This document shows positions 32,381 through 49,064 of a stretch of 64,000 nt of DNA, in pieces. The notes beneath the pieces are model-generated. The model had not been told where the DNA came from. It was given only the letters and a program-made list of their open reading frames with translations, and made no database searches. This stretch comes from the human T2T-CHM13v2.0 reference genome, Homo sapiens. The stretch lies in NCBI RefSeq assembly GCF_009914755.1, contig NC_060932.1. One strand, written 5' to 3'. Made by a program: the position numbers and the translations under genes. Within the stretch, counting starts at the first letter, position 1; each line of letters starts with the position of its first letter.

Positions 32381-33502
32381 AAGCAGAGAATGTAAGGAAT
32401 TTGAAAGATGTGGCTTGCAAAATATATTCCACTGTTACTCACTGTCTGGGCCCTGTACCAGTTCACTTGGGACGTTTGGAAGAAAAGCGGACAAGAGGAC
32501 CCTGCTAAGGAATCCTCCCTTTTAACCTTTAATATCTTCTTTTCTCTTTTTGAGACAGACTCATCCCCGAGGTGATCTCTACCCTGCTTTGCTCTGGGGC
32601 AGGAAGCAGCTTTGTGTCTAGTACAGGTTGAACAGGATTCTAATTGTTTAATACAAGATGATAACCAGAGCATCTGTGTGGCTAGAATCACACATATGTG
32701 GAAAGATGGGAAGCGGTGGGGGAAATATGTTATCTTTCACATTTACCTTCTCATGAAATTACTTCCTGATGCAAAGTCTGACTTATTGCAGTGTCTTTTT
32801 GAATGTGTTTTTACATGTCAACTCCACTTTACATGCTTTCGTATGAAGGAATGACTTGTGCCCAGAGCAGATGCATGCAACTGTGTGTACATGTCTGAGT
32901 GCAAGTGGATTGATGTGTATCTGTGGGAAGGGGAAGGGTGGCTTACACATTACCCCTTTGATCACATTGCACTAAGCAGTGTTGCACGAATGCAGCATCA
33001 TGGATACTGTGGGCTTTCAAACTTGTGTTGATTGAGAATCAAATGTTCTTTTCAAACTGAGGATGGTAGCATAGGTTTGAGAATTGAGAAGGAAGGAAGG
33101 AAGGGATTTGCCTCTTCTTGGTGCAAGGCATGAAAATAGGAAAAAGGTGGCTTTGGGAGGTCAATGTGCCCCAGAACACTGAAGCCTGAAGATTATTCTA
33201 ATCTCCTGATGCTGTCAGAAGCATAAACTATTACTTTTTTTTTCTTTCTTTTTTTTTTTTTTTTGCTTACTGCATTAGCTGCCTTCCCTTTTCTAACTAT
33301 AACCCTAATCCTGTCCTAACCCTAACTCAACCCTGATCCTGCCTGGTTTCCCCTATTACTGTGTTTCTACAGAGCAGGCCACTGATTTACCTCCCCCGCA
33401 GCTCAGCTTCCACACCAGTTTCCAGGCCAACTTTGAATCGAGGCAGGAGTAGTCTACACTGGCTCAGCTCTGTAACAGTTCTGCTACTTCCAGACCCAAA
33501 TC

Positions 33503-33543
33503 CACACACAGACACACACACAGACACACACACACACACACAC
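33503..33543. repeat. (CA)n microsatellite, interrupted
   Basis: Directly visible. Confidence 0.9.
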
Positions 33544-34534
33544 TAAAGTGCGATGTAGTGTTGAGTCACTCTTTTTGCCACTATAGCCACAGACCTCTGC
33601 CTTGTTATTTCCCACAGCTCCCCCTGCACTCTTATATTTGATACATGAACTTGGCCTTATAACAAGGTTCTTTTTCCAAGTTCCACAGCTGGAACCTTTG
33701 CCATGCACCCAATATATTTTTGTCATTGGTTCCTTTATTCATTCCATATTCACTGAGTCCCTGCTCAGGCCTGTGCTGGTTGCCAGGGATTTGTACCTGC
33801 ACAAAGAGCTACGTCCCCTTGGGTTCCTGTTCTGATCACCTGGTGGGGTCCTCCGTGACTGTCTCATTCTTGCCAGTTTCCCCTCCTCAAGTGCTGAGAC
33901 CAAGTGCCTCACCTCTCTGGGTAGCAGAGTCCTGTGACTCACACCTTTCAGACCATGCCTGCCTATGTGCCTGGACCTCAGAGTCCTTCCTTCCGGGGCC
34001 TGGGCTTGCTCTGTGTGGGAAGAAACATCTTGTTACAGATAATGCATCCCTGATGCTATCTCTTCGCTTGAACTGTGATGGGGCAGGCAGGCTGAGCCTC
34101 CACAGACAGCCCCTTGTGGCAGCAAGAAACCTTGTCCAGCCCCAGAGAAAACACAGAGCTGACACCTGCCCGTTTCATGCAGTTGGCCTCGTGTGCTAAT
34201 TAGCTAAGTCCTGGAAAGGGGGTAAAGTCCAGTAACCTACGGTGTGAGTCCCAGTTGGACACGGTGACTTTATGTGCATAATGTGCATAAAAGGATTTTC
34301 TGTTGTTAGAAAATAAGTAGCTGTAAGAGGAGAAAATTAAAGGATAAACTAGAGAAAGAAGCCTCTCAGAGTCAAATGAGCAAGTTCCTTAAGAAATAAT
34401 GTTTTGAGCTTGCAAGATGGTAGAGGATGCAGATGAGGCTGGGCTGGGCTGGAGGGACTGCAGCGAACTTCAGTGAGGAGAGAACTGGGTTGAGAGTCCC
34501 AGGTCCTACCTGTCTGTGCCACTAAGCGCACTGT

Positions 34535-34960
34535 GCGACCATAGCATATTACCCATGTGTTTCTGATGCTTTGACATGTGGGGCCTTGCTGACACTGGAG
34601 GGACTATCCCTTCCAAGGCTAGCTAATTTCCAGAGATGGTAAAGAACTTGCTTTTGAGTGTACCTTTTGTATACAGACCAATCCATCTAGAACCCATTCC
34701 TTCAACAACCTTCTGTATCTGGCTCTCACACTCTGGACTGCTATTCCCTTGTCTTCATTACCCCAGGGCCAGGTACTAGATGACTAGGGCCAACCCCTAG
34801 CCCCAGAGCCCACTGAAATTATTCAAACTGGCTGGCCCTAAGCTGCTTACCCTGCCTTGCCTCTTCTTTCACATGGAAGCCCTCTGCCTCCTGACCCAAC
34901 CCTGATGGCCTCCCACTCCCATGGCCTGGCATGCCCTCCTTCTCTTGGGAATTTTGAGTA
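34535..34960 (+). mobile_element. MER54-like ERVL LTR
   Basis: gatgctttgacat...ggggccttgctgac...ccccagggccaggta...cccagagcccactgaaattattcaaact. Confidence 0.75.
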
Positions 34961-34965
34961 AAATC

Positions 34966-35261
34966 TTTTTTTTTTTTTTTGAGGCAGGGTCTTGTTCTGT
35001 CACCCAGGCTGGAGTGCAGTAGTGCAATAAAGGCTCACTGCAGACTTGACCTCTTGGGCTCAAGTGATCCTTCCATCTCAGCCTCCTGAGTAGCTGGGAC
35101 CACAGTATGCACTACCACACCTGGCTAATTTTTGTATTTTTAGTGGAGAAGGGTTTTTGCCATGTTGCCCAGGCTGGTCTCAAACTCCTGAGTTCAAGCA
35201 ATCTGCCTGCCTTGGCCTCCCAAAGTGCTAGAATTACAGGCATGCATCACTGTGCCTGGCC
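34966..35261 (-). mobile_element. AluJ-like
   Basis: Alu reverse complement. Confidence 0.95.
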
Positions 35262-35294
35262 GAGTAGACGTTTTAATAGACGAATTTTTAATAG

Positions 35295-35560
35295 ACAAAT
35301 AGGCTTTTTAGAGTATTTAGATTGACAGCAAAATTGAACAAAAGGCACAGAGGTTTCCCATATCCTGCTGCCCTGACACATGTACAGCCTCCCCCACTGT
35401 GGACATCCCCCACTAGAGTGGAGCATTTGTTACAATTGATCAAACTACATCAACATGTCACAATCACCAAAAGCTCATAGTTTAAGTTAGAGTTTACTCT
35501 TGCTATTGGACATTCTGGGGATTTGGACAAAGGATGCATAGCTACCATTATAGTATCCGT
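35295..35560 (-). mobile_element. L1MA/MB 3' end fragment
   Basis: acagcaaaattga...gtacagcctccccc...catttgttacaattgat. Confidence 0.75.
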
Positions 35561-36289
35561 CTGAGTCTCAATTTTCCTTGTCACTAAAATGAGGGGTTGG
35601 ATTAAATGGACTTTTCTGAAGTCTCCTTTTTAAGGACCCAGATAGGCTTGAGAGGTAGCGAGTGAGTCCCTCACTACTCCCCTAACTCCCTCAGGACCCC
35701 TAACCCTGTGGACCCTGCTGCTGAGAGTGGCTGAGGAGTGGGGGTCTCACTGTGCAAGGCGTCTTCCTGCTCACTGCCGGCAGGCATAATTCCCGCAGTC
35801 CCAATGAAGGAACCCTGCCTCGTACAGGTGGGGATTAGAATCTCAAAATAAAGTCAGATAATGCCAACAGTGGCATCCTTTTAAAACTGAAAGGTTAGAA
35901 TTCAAGAGAAAACACTAAATTCAATTGCTTGAATGTGGAACTCTTAATCACCCTAATTAAATATCTTCATTTAGGGAGACTTGGAAACATGGATCTTGAC
36001 GTTTTTGCTTTGCCAGAATCACAGAAGTACGCTTAGAGACATTTTCCTTTCTCCCCAACTCTCTAAACAGGAATCCCTTCTCCAGTGCCAGAAAGGCAGT
36101 TTTCTGCACTTAGCAGCGCTCCAAATTGTCAGATGGATGCCCAGAGCTGGGCTTGGGGGTCAGATGTGGCTAAATGTCTCCGATCTAGGTTCCTGCCAGC
36201 CTGGCCCAAGGCAGAGGTAGCATGTAGTCCTCACTATTGAACGCTCCCAGCTCTAGGATTTGCTTGAAGAAAAATTTTGCCTTATAAAT

Positions 36290-36444
36290 CCCCTAGATGG
36301 TGCTCCTTGTCAAGTGTGAGTGTTTCTTTCTTTTTACCCCTTTCTTTTGAAGCTGCTGGCATCTCAGCAGCTTCAAAAGGCCCAAGTTAGCTGCTGTTGT
36401 CTCACTGGAAAGTTTCAGTTGTCAGACTCGGGGAGTGACGTCAG
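36290..36444. promoter_or_regulatory. Candidate enhancer: CTCF-like motif (36290-36305) and full CRE TGACGTCA (36436-36443)
   Basis: cccctagatggtgctc and gagtgacgtcag in non-repeat sequence; motif evidence only. Confidence 0.4.
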
Positions 36445-36665
36445 AAGTGATTTCTGCTGGAAACAGTCCCCTCCTCTGGATGTTTCACAATGGTTTACAG
36501 TAGGAATGAGATGTATGCCGTATTTATGTGGATGGCACATGGCTCTTGTTGTCACAGGACAGTCATTCTGTATACACAGTGGGTCACTGCAGTTGGTGGC
36601 TGATGTTACATCGATATGACTGAGATGGGGGGCAGGGAGGAATGAGGTGTCAAGAGGTGAGGTCA

Positions 36666-37097
<432 letters not shown>

Positions 37098-37276
37098 CTA
37101 AAATGCTACCAGGCCACATTCATTTCTTTGGGGTATAGGGAGCCTTCTTAGCAAACATATATTCATTCACACTCACAGTTAGCTGAAATCACACTACTCT
37201 GTGAATTAGAATTCTAAGTTTTTTCTGTTTTCTTCCAGGTTTATTGAGGTATAATTGACAAATAAAATTGTGTATG

Positions 37277-37536
37277 AGAAGCCGAGGTGGGAGGACTGCT
37301 TGAGCCCAGGAGTTCAAGATCAGCCTAGGCCACAGAGTGAGACCCCATCTCTACAAAAATAAAAAAAAAATTAGCTGGACATGGTGTGGCACACAACTGA
37401 GTAGTTCCAGCTACTCAGGAGGCTGAGTCAGGAGGATCACTTGAACCGAAGAGGTTGAGGCTACAGTGAGCCATGCTGGCACCACTGCACTCCAGGCTGG
37501 GCAACAGAGCGAGATCTTGTTCTCAAAAAGAAAAAA
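37277..37536 (+). mobile_element. AluJ-like, 5'-truncated, inside an antisense L1MA 3' fragment (about 37225-37620)
   Basis: Alu body; flanking ttattgaggtataattgac and aaggtgtacaacatgatg L1 motifs. Confidence 0.92.
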
Positions 37537-38104
37537 TATTGTATGTATTTAAGGTGTACAACATGATGTTGTGATACATGTGTACACTGTGAAATGATTA
37601 CCACAATCAATTTAATTAACATGTTAGCTTTATGAGTTTTGGTGGAGTGGAATGTGAAGTCAGGAGAGAAATGGTCAGAAAAGGAGCAGTTGTTATTCAA
37701 ATAATTGGTTAGGTTGGACCAGCCATTTTCAGTGTTCCCTCTGCTGTTTATTGCCATAGCATAGTCGGGCTTCTGTCCTGGCTGTCTTTGCTTTCCTTTC
37801 TCTCACTCCCTGAGCTCTGACTGCAGCTTCAGTATGTTACAATCCACTGATCTGGAGATGCAAACAGTTTCTTGAGGAAAGAAGAACAGGAGAATTGAAG
37901 AGACAGAGTGGATAAAGGAGCAGAGTCTCTTACCATCTATGGTATGTGCCTGTCCCCCGGGCTGCAGGCATGCAAACCTGCTTATCATCCTCTAGTCCTC
38001 TATCAAAAGGTGGTGGTGTCTGATTTAGGGAACAGGAATGCATAGTCCTTGTAGCTGATTGGACTTCAGAGATAGACCCAGGATTCTATTCTGCCTTACT
38101 CCCA

Positions 38105-38385
<281 letters not shown>

Positions 38386-38621
38386 TGATCAACTTCTACT
38401 AAGGTGTCTGATAAAGTCTCATGATATCACCTCTCCTAGGGATTTTTGCATTTCCACTAAGAACTCTTGAATGAAATCCAAACTCCTTAGCTTTGAATTC
38501 AATATCCTCTATGCTTAGCTCCCCATCCTATGTTCCCAAATATGTTCTGCCTGTAAATACCTTTCAAGCCAGCCAGGCCATTGAACAAGAAGCTCTTCTG
38601 AGGTACTTTACTAAGTGGTAC

Positions 38622-39098
38622 TTGTGGTAGATACCCAGCAAGTCATACTTCCCTTAATCCACACCTGTATAGTTCCTTTTCTCACTGAATCTGGTTGATG
38701 TTATGACTTGCTTGGATGTGATGTTGGGCCTAGGTTGGAAGAGACCTGTAGCTTTTGTTTTTGCTCTTTTGCTGTCTTGAGAGGTCATGCAAGAAAGCCT
38801 GGGCCAGCTTCCTTGAGGATGCATGTTCTTGGAAGAGAGAAAGGCCCTTGAGTAGTAAAGGCCATGAGGAAAGGAAGAGGAACACCAAGCTTCTAGCTAG
38901 TTGCAGCTGGCTAGACATGCCAGACTATGAGTGAGGCCATAGGGTTCTTCAGCCCTGGGGGAACTACGAACTTATCATGGAGTAGAGATTCGCCATTCAC
39001 TTGAGCCTAATGTAGATTGTTTAATTGCAAACATATACATAGTTGCTAAGCCACTGAGTTCTGGAGTGTTTGTTACATAGCAATAGATAGCTGATACA
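38622..39098 (+). mobile_element. MLT1 (MaLR) LTR
   Basis: tgtggtag start; taagccactgagtt...tgttacatagcaatagatagctgataca end. Confidence 0.75.
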
Positions 39099-39554
39099 GT
39101 ATTGGAAGTTATCTTTGTGTCTGATGCCAAACAGGGTTTTATTGGTTTGCTCACTCACTATTTCTGGGCATGCTTCATGCATTCACACCTTCTCCTGCAC
39201 CCATGGTCATACTCCTCCAACCTGGAAATGTTGATTTTTCCCTTATATCTATCCAAATACAACCATTTCTGCCTTCTGTGATACTACAATCAGAGCTGAT
39301 CCTTCTTGTTTCTGAACTCCTTTGGTGCCTCTTGCTATTTGGCGTATACTGTTTTTTTTTTTTTTTTTTTTTTTGCATAGGTCTTCTCACTATAATTACA
39401 TTTTAAGCTCCTCAAGAATAGGTCCTATCTTTTAAAACATCTTTATTGAGATAAAAGGCACATACCAACAAATTTGCCCATTGGAAGTATGCAATGTGAA
39501 TTATGTATCCACAAAGTTGTGCAACCATCACCACAATCTAAGTTTAGAACATTT

Positions 39555-40151
<597 letters not shown>

Positions 40152-41538
40152 ATAACATTTTCATCACTCCTGAAGGAAATCTCATATCCATTAGTCGTCA
40201 CTCCCCATTCCACCTAACCCCACCTCTAGGCAACCACAAATCTACTTTCAGTCTTTACAGAATTAGGATCTATATTTTTTTGGTTACATAGCAGAAGCCC
40301 ACAGAATTACTCTGTGTTGATGAATTGAGCAAAACCTCCAGAACCTTTTTAAGATCCAGGGAATGACGATTGGTTGGTCCAATTTCAGGTTCTGGGATAG
40401 AAGCAGCGGAGACTCCTACTGGGGAGGGTATTTCTTGGCATCTCACATGTCACCAGTCTCTGTGACTTCTTTCCTTTTTCTTCAGAGGCAACAGGATAAA
40501 TTAGAGAAAGTGCATCTCAGGACCTCAGGCCAAACCTTGCCTCAGCTGATGACTCGTTGTGATGTATAGGGCTGGTTACTCTGCTTCCCTGAGCCTCAGT
40601 TTCTGCAGTAATAATATTTTGTAGAAGAAGTGTGTGGACCAAATTCATAACACATGGGAAACACTTCCCATTGGACCCAAGGGAGATGTTTCCTTTTCTT
40701 CCCTTTCCTTCTCCTTATGCTTGTCCCATTGAACCCCTTTTAATGCCCAGTGATTCAAAGGTGGCTCTTTCCTCCAGTCTTCCCTCCACTTTAGCCACCA
40801 TCTCAACTCTACCCCAATAAGGAATGGGTGGACCAAGGTACCAGGTGCTGGAGCAGGCTAGAGAGCTGAGGGACACATGATGCTACCAGGGGGAGCCAAT
40901 GTGATACCCCAGAACCAGGACATTCCCAGACTCACTGGACAAACTTTTCATCAGTCCCTTCCAAAGATAAGACTTTGGATATAATGCTTCATTTTCCTGT
41001 TCCCTCTACAGTGACTTTTGGGGCACACATGCTCAGGTAGCCATTTAGTTTCACAGAAACTTGAGTTTCCATGAAAAAAAAAATCCCAGAGAACCAAATA
41101 GTTGCCTATTGGGTTAGCTGCAGATTGGCTGTCTTGTTGGATAAATTGGCTGACGTGGGTTTGCTCACATAGAAGGCTGGCTAAACATGGTGGTGGTTTG
41201 GTTTCCCCTAGAGGAGATGGCCAGAGAGACAAATGTGGGCAAACACAAGGGCCTGGCACCATCTATGCTGGTGGACTTGATGTGCTGTGCTCTATGCATC
41301 TACCAATTTTCACAAAATTGACAACTGGGGCTGCAGGTTTCATCCTGAGCTTCTGCAAAGAGAGCACACTGGGAGCAGGCTGCCGCACGTGGAATGTCAA
41401 TTACATTCCAAGAACTTCCCAATGGGTCGCCCATATTCTGTCTGCTAGGGCTCTCCCACCTGGGGGGTCCTGGGGTGGGCGATAAGCCTGTGCAACCAGA
41501 GTGACTTCTAAAGAGAGAATTCTTGGGATGGAGGAGCT

Positions 41539-41891
41539 TGATGTGGTGTGTCTGTGTCCTCACTGAAATCTCACCTTGAATTGTAATAATCCCCACGTGT
41601 CAAGGGTGGGGCCAAGTGGAGATAATTGAATTATGAGGACAGTTTCCCCCATACTGTTCTTGTGGTAGTGAATACATCTCATGAGATCTAATGGTTTTAT
41701 AAAGGGTAGTTCCCCTGCACACGCTCTCTTGCCTGCCATCATGTAAGACGTCTCTTTGCTCTTCCTTTGTCTTCTGCCTTGTTTGTGAGGCCTCCCCAGC
41801 CATGTGGAATTGTGAGTCCATTAAACCTCTTTCCTTTATAAATTAGCCAGTCTCAGGTGTGTCTTTATTAGCGTGAGAACAAACTAATACA
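41539..41891 (+). mobile_element. THE1B/C-like solo LTR
   Basis: tgatgtggt...aaatctcaccttgaattgtaataatcccc...gaggcctccccagccatgtgg...actaataca. Confidence 0.92.
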
Positions 41892-43189
41892 GAGTTCATT
41901 GCTATGGTGGAGGGAAAGTTTGGGGGACCCTGGCAAAGAGAGAGCTGGGGCTGTGTTTTTGCTTGGCAGAGGGGGCATGCTCACCTGGCCGAGGTTCCAA
42001 CTTTGGGAAAGGAAGATCTTTTTGCCCTCAGTTTTTGCCTGATTCTGTAGTCACAATAGACCTAGTTCTGTCTGTGCTCTGACCTCCCTCCAGAATTGCT
42101 GGATGTTCTGGTGACATTTGGGATGCTCTGCTGCACATTCTTGGGTCTCTCTGTCCTCACTCTGAGCCAGAATGCTGGCTGCTCACTGTGCCACCTCCAA
42201 CCCCTTTTACCCATTCCCCCCAGTGGTGAAATGGGGGTGGCGGGGGCCACTCCTGTGCTCCAGGAGCAGGTGAGGAGTTCACAAGCTTAGGATTCTGGTT
42301 TCTTCCACTGACTGTTCAGAGGATTCCCACCTCCAGCACATTGGCTTCTGCAGGACTGAGGGCACCTGCCTGCTCATCTGGCTCCTGTCCTTGGTCAGGG
42401 TGACTCAAAATGAGCTCTGCTAGGTTCTCTCTTCTCCACCAGAGCCAGAGGCTGACAGAGAGGAAGGCTGTCGGAGGTGCTGCCCCTATGACAGTGGAGG
42501 AATGGGGGCTGGGGATGTGGGGATATGAGCAAAGACACGCAGGAGATTCACTGTCCTATCCCTTTGATTGTTTTCTTCCCCTCTTTTCCACTCCCATACG
42601 ACCACACTCATCAAAATAGGAAACGATGTCATCACTTATGTGCATGCCTCCCCTTCGTGCGTTGCTCTGGGTCACCACTTCCTGTTTCTGAGTCATCAGG
42701 AAGGTAATTTCCCCCAATGCTCAATATCCTCCAGGACACTGTGATCACTCAGCATCTACCCAGCTTCCCCTCCTCTATCCCTTCCATAAAAACATACCGA
42801 AAAGACCACCCCCGGCACCACTGCAAAAAAGACCTAAACTAAACACTGTGCAGCTGTTGGTCTGAGTGGCTGCAAGCTCACAAAATGCATGGGGACCACA
42901 GCCCCCAGCCCTATCTGGAAGGACGGCTGATTGCCTGGATTTAATTGGATAGTTAAATACAGATGAAGATGATTCTGGAGTACAGATTAGTCCTGGTGCA
43001 ACAAGATCTGTCAGAGACTCTGCCTACTAAGGGAAGTGGGGTATTTGGCTGCCCCCTAAAATAAAGAATGAATCAAACTGCCAGAACAAGACACCCCAGG
43101 AGGCATGAGATGGCACTGGAAGGATTTGTGTTAGAGTCAACTGAAGCAAAACTTTGAGGAGCTAGTCCTGTAGACAGCCCCTCACTGCA

Positions 43190-43330
43190 TTTTTCCTTCC
43201 TTCTCCTCCTTTTCATCCTCCTTCCCCTCCTTTTCATCCTCCTTCCCCTTTTCCTTCCTCCCCTCTTTCTTTTTCTTTCATTCCTTTTTAAGTCATGCAC
43301 TACACTTTCTGTCTGCCTTTCTTTTTTTTT
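43190..43330. repeat. CT-rich low complexity with a 21-bp tandem duplication (cctccttttcatcctccttcc)
   Basis: Directly visible. Confidence 0.8.
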
Positions 43331-43389
43331 TAATCTGATGTTCACAAGAGGGAAGTGACTGATGATAGGAACTAAGTGCTTGGGGCTCA

Positions 43390-44070
43390 GTAATTCATTC
43401 AACAAACAGTTATCAAGTATCTACCATGTGGCAAGCTCTTTGCTAGATACTGGAGCTCTGAGATGTATAAGATACCTTTCTGGCTTCCAAGAAGCTCACA
43501 GTTGATGGAGTGTCATGTAAATTAATAACTGATATAGAGTGTGGAAAATCACATCATGGAGGTGACTCAGGGATTGTGAGAACACGGAGAACAGACCACA
43601 TGGCACAACTGGGTGATGGTGGAAGATTCTGGAAGAGCAGTCACCGGAGCAGAGGCTTACAAGGTGGAGTAATTACTAGGGCACTGTCTGAATAAGGTGT
43701 TTGATTGCTGGAGGGTGAAGAAGGAATGGAAACTGAAGAAACAGGAAAGGGTGTATAGGTTGACATTTTTGAGGAGCTTGACAATGGAAAACCAGAGGAT
43801 GAGAGGCAACAGATGTAGGGTTCAGTTGTTTCATTGAAGGGACATGTATTGTGAGCGTATGTATGTGACAGGTGCTGACCAGGCACCAAGTACCCGAAAG
43901 TGGATGAAATTGTGCCCGCAGCCTTAATGTTCTATTGGGAAACACAAACAGACACATAATAGGCATTTTAAGTAAAATGTGAGAAGTGCTATGATAGAGC
44001 TACCGACAGAGCTCAGGGCAGCATCTAGTGAAGCCTGGGTGTTCAGGGAAGGCTTCCTGGAGAGAGGCTT
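43390..44070 (-). mobile_element. L2 3' end fragments
   Basis: attcattcaacaaaca...ctaccatgtg...gaagctcacag; cagggaaggcttcctggag. Confidence 0.65.
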
Positions 44071-44119
44071 CTTAGCGATTTCATTTTTGAAACTGGTTTT
44101 TACTTTTATGTGAAGTTTT

Positions 44120-45042
<923 letters not shown>

Positions 45043-45396
45043 TAAATGATATTTTTGAGTACAACATGGGCAAGGTTAGGGGCTGAAAGAGTTAAGTGGG
45101 ATTCGAAACTAGAGCAGCAACAGGAACCAAGGCTCAGGAGGGCATTTTTGGTGGCCCTGCCTGGGTGAAGGAAGGGGCATGCATTCCACTGAGGTTGGCA
45201 CAGAAAAGCTAGGAGTGGATTGGGAGGACATAGGTAGGCTGTGGGTAAGGACATGGGACCCTGAGGCGGGTCCTGTCCCAGAGCCTTCGTTTTCTTGGCA
45301 GATGCAGGAGGGAGGCTGGACGGAAGAGAGGCCTGGTGGCAACAGGGCAGCTGCAGCATGAAGATCCAGGTTTGGGGTCCACGCAGGGACCATGAG

Positions 45397-45412
45397 CAGC
45401 ACCCTCTGCTGG
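45397..45412 (-). promoter_or_regulatory. CTCF core motif
   Basis: Reverse complement CCAGCAGAGGGTGCTG, one mismatch from the common CCAGCAGAGGGCGCTG form. Confidence 0.55.
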
Positions 45413-46569
45413 AGCAACTGGGGGAGCTGAGAGTGCCCGCAGGTGGACACCTGGCCTCACTGCGCATGACTTCCTCCTGCAGCTCCCAGGGGCTCCCACT
45501 GTATTCATAGTTCCTCCTTTTGTTTGCCCTGTCCTCTGAGCTGTTATTCAACAGCTAGAATTGTGCAGCATTAAAACCAGTGCCACAGAGAACTTTAAAC
45601 AGAGACAGATCCAAATACGTCCTTCCTGAGAGCCAATCTCCCCGGGAGCACCTCATTGCCTCTCTTCTGGAGCCCAGCAGCTTAGCCCAGCTTGCACCTG
45701 TGACATATGACTTAACTACAGCTGGTAGCCCTTGTGGACCAGAGCACGCCTTTGAGGAGACAGATGATGGTGGATTGGGCAGCCTATTGAGCAGCTCTGA
45801 GCCTTGGTGTCTCCATCTACCAAGAGGAAATGATGATGGAGCCGTGGGGACACACGTGAGAGCAACACAGGTGAAGTGCAGAACAGGAATCCCAGGCACC
45901 GCTAAGGGTTCGGTGTGTTGGCTGCTTGGGTCCCATCATAGGGCTTAGTTGTTAGCTGACTGCTCTCCTCTCATCGTCACGCTCCAGCCTTATGCACTGG
46001 AGTTGCCCCCGTCCACTTAATCTTAATCCCTTTCTAATCAGCCCATGGCGGTGAGAAGATATCGAGTGTCAGCAACCTGGTCTGGTGAGTGCCCCTCCCC
46101 GTTCTGTGTGAGGCTTCTGGGCACAGCAGCCCTGATACAATTTCACATATTATTTGGGCTCATTTACCGGGGCTATTTTGGAAGCTTGGCTTTGTGAGGC
46201 TTCTGGAAGCCTGGCCGGACATTATGCAACTGCTTTGGTCTAGTGTACTGAAGACACTGAATTCTATAGCCAGTGGCCCTAAGCCCGTAGAAAATTTGTG
46301 GGGAAAGCTGGTGAAATCGAACTTCTTAGGTTCCTTCCTAGCAGAGAAAGAGAGAATTCGAGTTCAGAGGCTCACTTCTCCTTAGAGAATTCACTGACCT
46401 TAGAGAATTCAGCTGTGAGCTGCCGAGGAAAGAAGGGTGGAGAATAGACAGAGGTGGGCTTTCTTGGTCCTGAGTCCTAACACTGGGGACAGGAGATCTC
46501 CAGAGGCCATGACTATAGAGGAGAAGGGAAAGGAAAAGGAGGGCACAGGAGGAAAAAGAAAGGAAAGAA

Positions 46570-46601
46570 GGGTGGGGGTGGGGGCGGGGGGGGGGGGGGG
46601 G
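46570..46601 (+). repeat. G-tract with G16 homopolymer, G-quadruplex-capable
   Basis: gggtgggggtgggggc followed by G16. Confidence 0.85.
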
Positions 46602-46685
46602 AGAAAGAGGGGACTTTGTAGAAAGAAGACATTGCAAAATGTTCAGTAAAGAGCTAATTTTACTTCCCAGCTTCTTCCCAGAGAG

Positions 46686-46911
46686 GGCTCACTGCACTCT
46701 GCCTCCCAGGTTCAAGCGATTCCACTTCCTCAGCCTCCCAAGTAGCTGGGACTACAGGCATGCGCCACTATGCCCAGCTAATTTTTTGTATTGTAGTAGA
46801 GATAGGGTTTTACCATGTTGGCAGGATGGTCTCGATCTCCTGACCTCGAGATCTGCCCGTCTCTGCCTCCCAAAGTGCTGGGATTACAGGCGTGAGCCAC
46901 CGTGCCTGGCC
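46686..46911 (-). mobile_element. Alu (Sc-like) lacking 3' end and tail
   Basis: Begins mid right arm at ggctcactgca. Confidence 0.92.
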
Positions 46912-46929
46912 ATCATGTTTTTTAATACT

Positions 46930-48100
<1,171 letters not shown>

Positions 48101-49064
48101 GCTTGGAGTTTCCTGGTAAGCCAAGAAGGAAACATGGTCCATTACAAAGATCTCATTGTCAGAAATGAGAGAGAATCCTAGTTCTTCATGATAAGAGTTT
48201 CCTCTGGCACAGAATTTGTAAAGAAATTTCCTGCATGGGGCCTTCTATAGGAATCATAGGCCAATGTAAAGGACAGATTGTCCTCAACAAAAACCACATG
48301 GTTCAGAGTGGACTGGTTAGATAGAAAATAGTGAAAGGTCTCAGAGGTCCCTGTTGGAGGAGTTGACCAGGGAAGGCTTCACAGAAGAGGCAAGAACTTG
48401 GTCACGCGGAGGGGAAGTATTTGGAATAGCTTGAGAAGAAGACAGCATGAGTAGGGCTTGATTAAGCATAGGAATTGAAGCACATAAAAGACCATAACAC
48501 ATTGCCCAGTGTGTGATGGGTGCACAGTTTATCTTAGTTTAGTTTCTTCTAGTCCCTGAAGGAAGGTTACCATTTGTCGGCATAATCCATGCCTTGACTG
48601 CGGTAACTAGTGCAGCTTTTAGGCCAATCCACAAAGAGGCTAATCCCTGCCCACTTTCTGTGTCCACTTACCCTTTTTCCACCCAAAAATCTTAGCAACT
48701 CTGCCCCACAGGGCTGGTACCAGGGCATGGTAAGCCAGGCACCGAGAGTGCTTGTTGGGTGATCCTGAGAGAGCACCTGCTTTGATGTTGCACCCTAACT
48801 GCAACTCAGTCCTGGGACCCTAACTCACGCTGGCCAGTGTCTGACCTTAGCCCATCGGGTCATCATCCATTTGTGCTGAAAGGAGCCACAGGAAACTTGC
48901 AGCAAGTGTGTGGGGAAGGAAGTAGGAAGAGTGGCGCTAGAAAGAGACGAGGTTCTAGTCACATTCGTTCAAATACCCTTTCCAAAAACATCTGACTTAG
49001 TTTCTTTACATTGTCAGGGAAGCTTTTAAAAACCAGCTGCCTCTTATTAATGCTGTTTGGGCTG

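Noticed and set aside
46351-46411. Three agagaattc repeats (two as 14-bp ccttagagaattca), CRISPR-like spacing
   Set aside because: Too short and too few; eukaryotic context with no cas genes; ordinary local duplication
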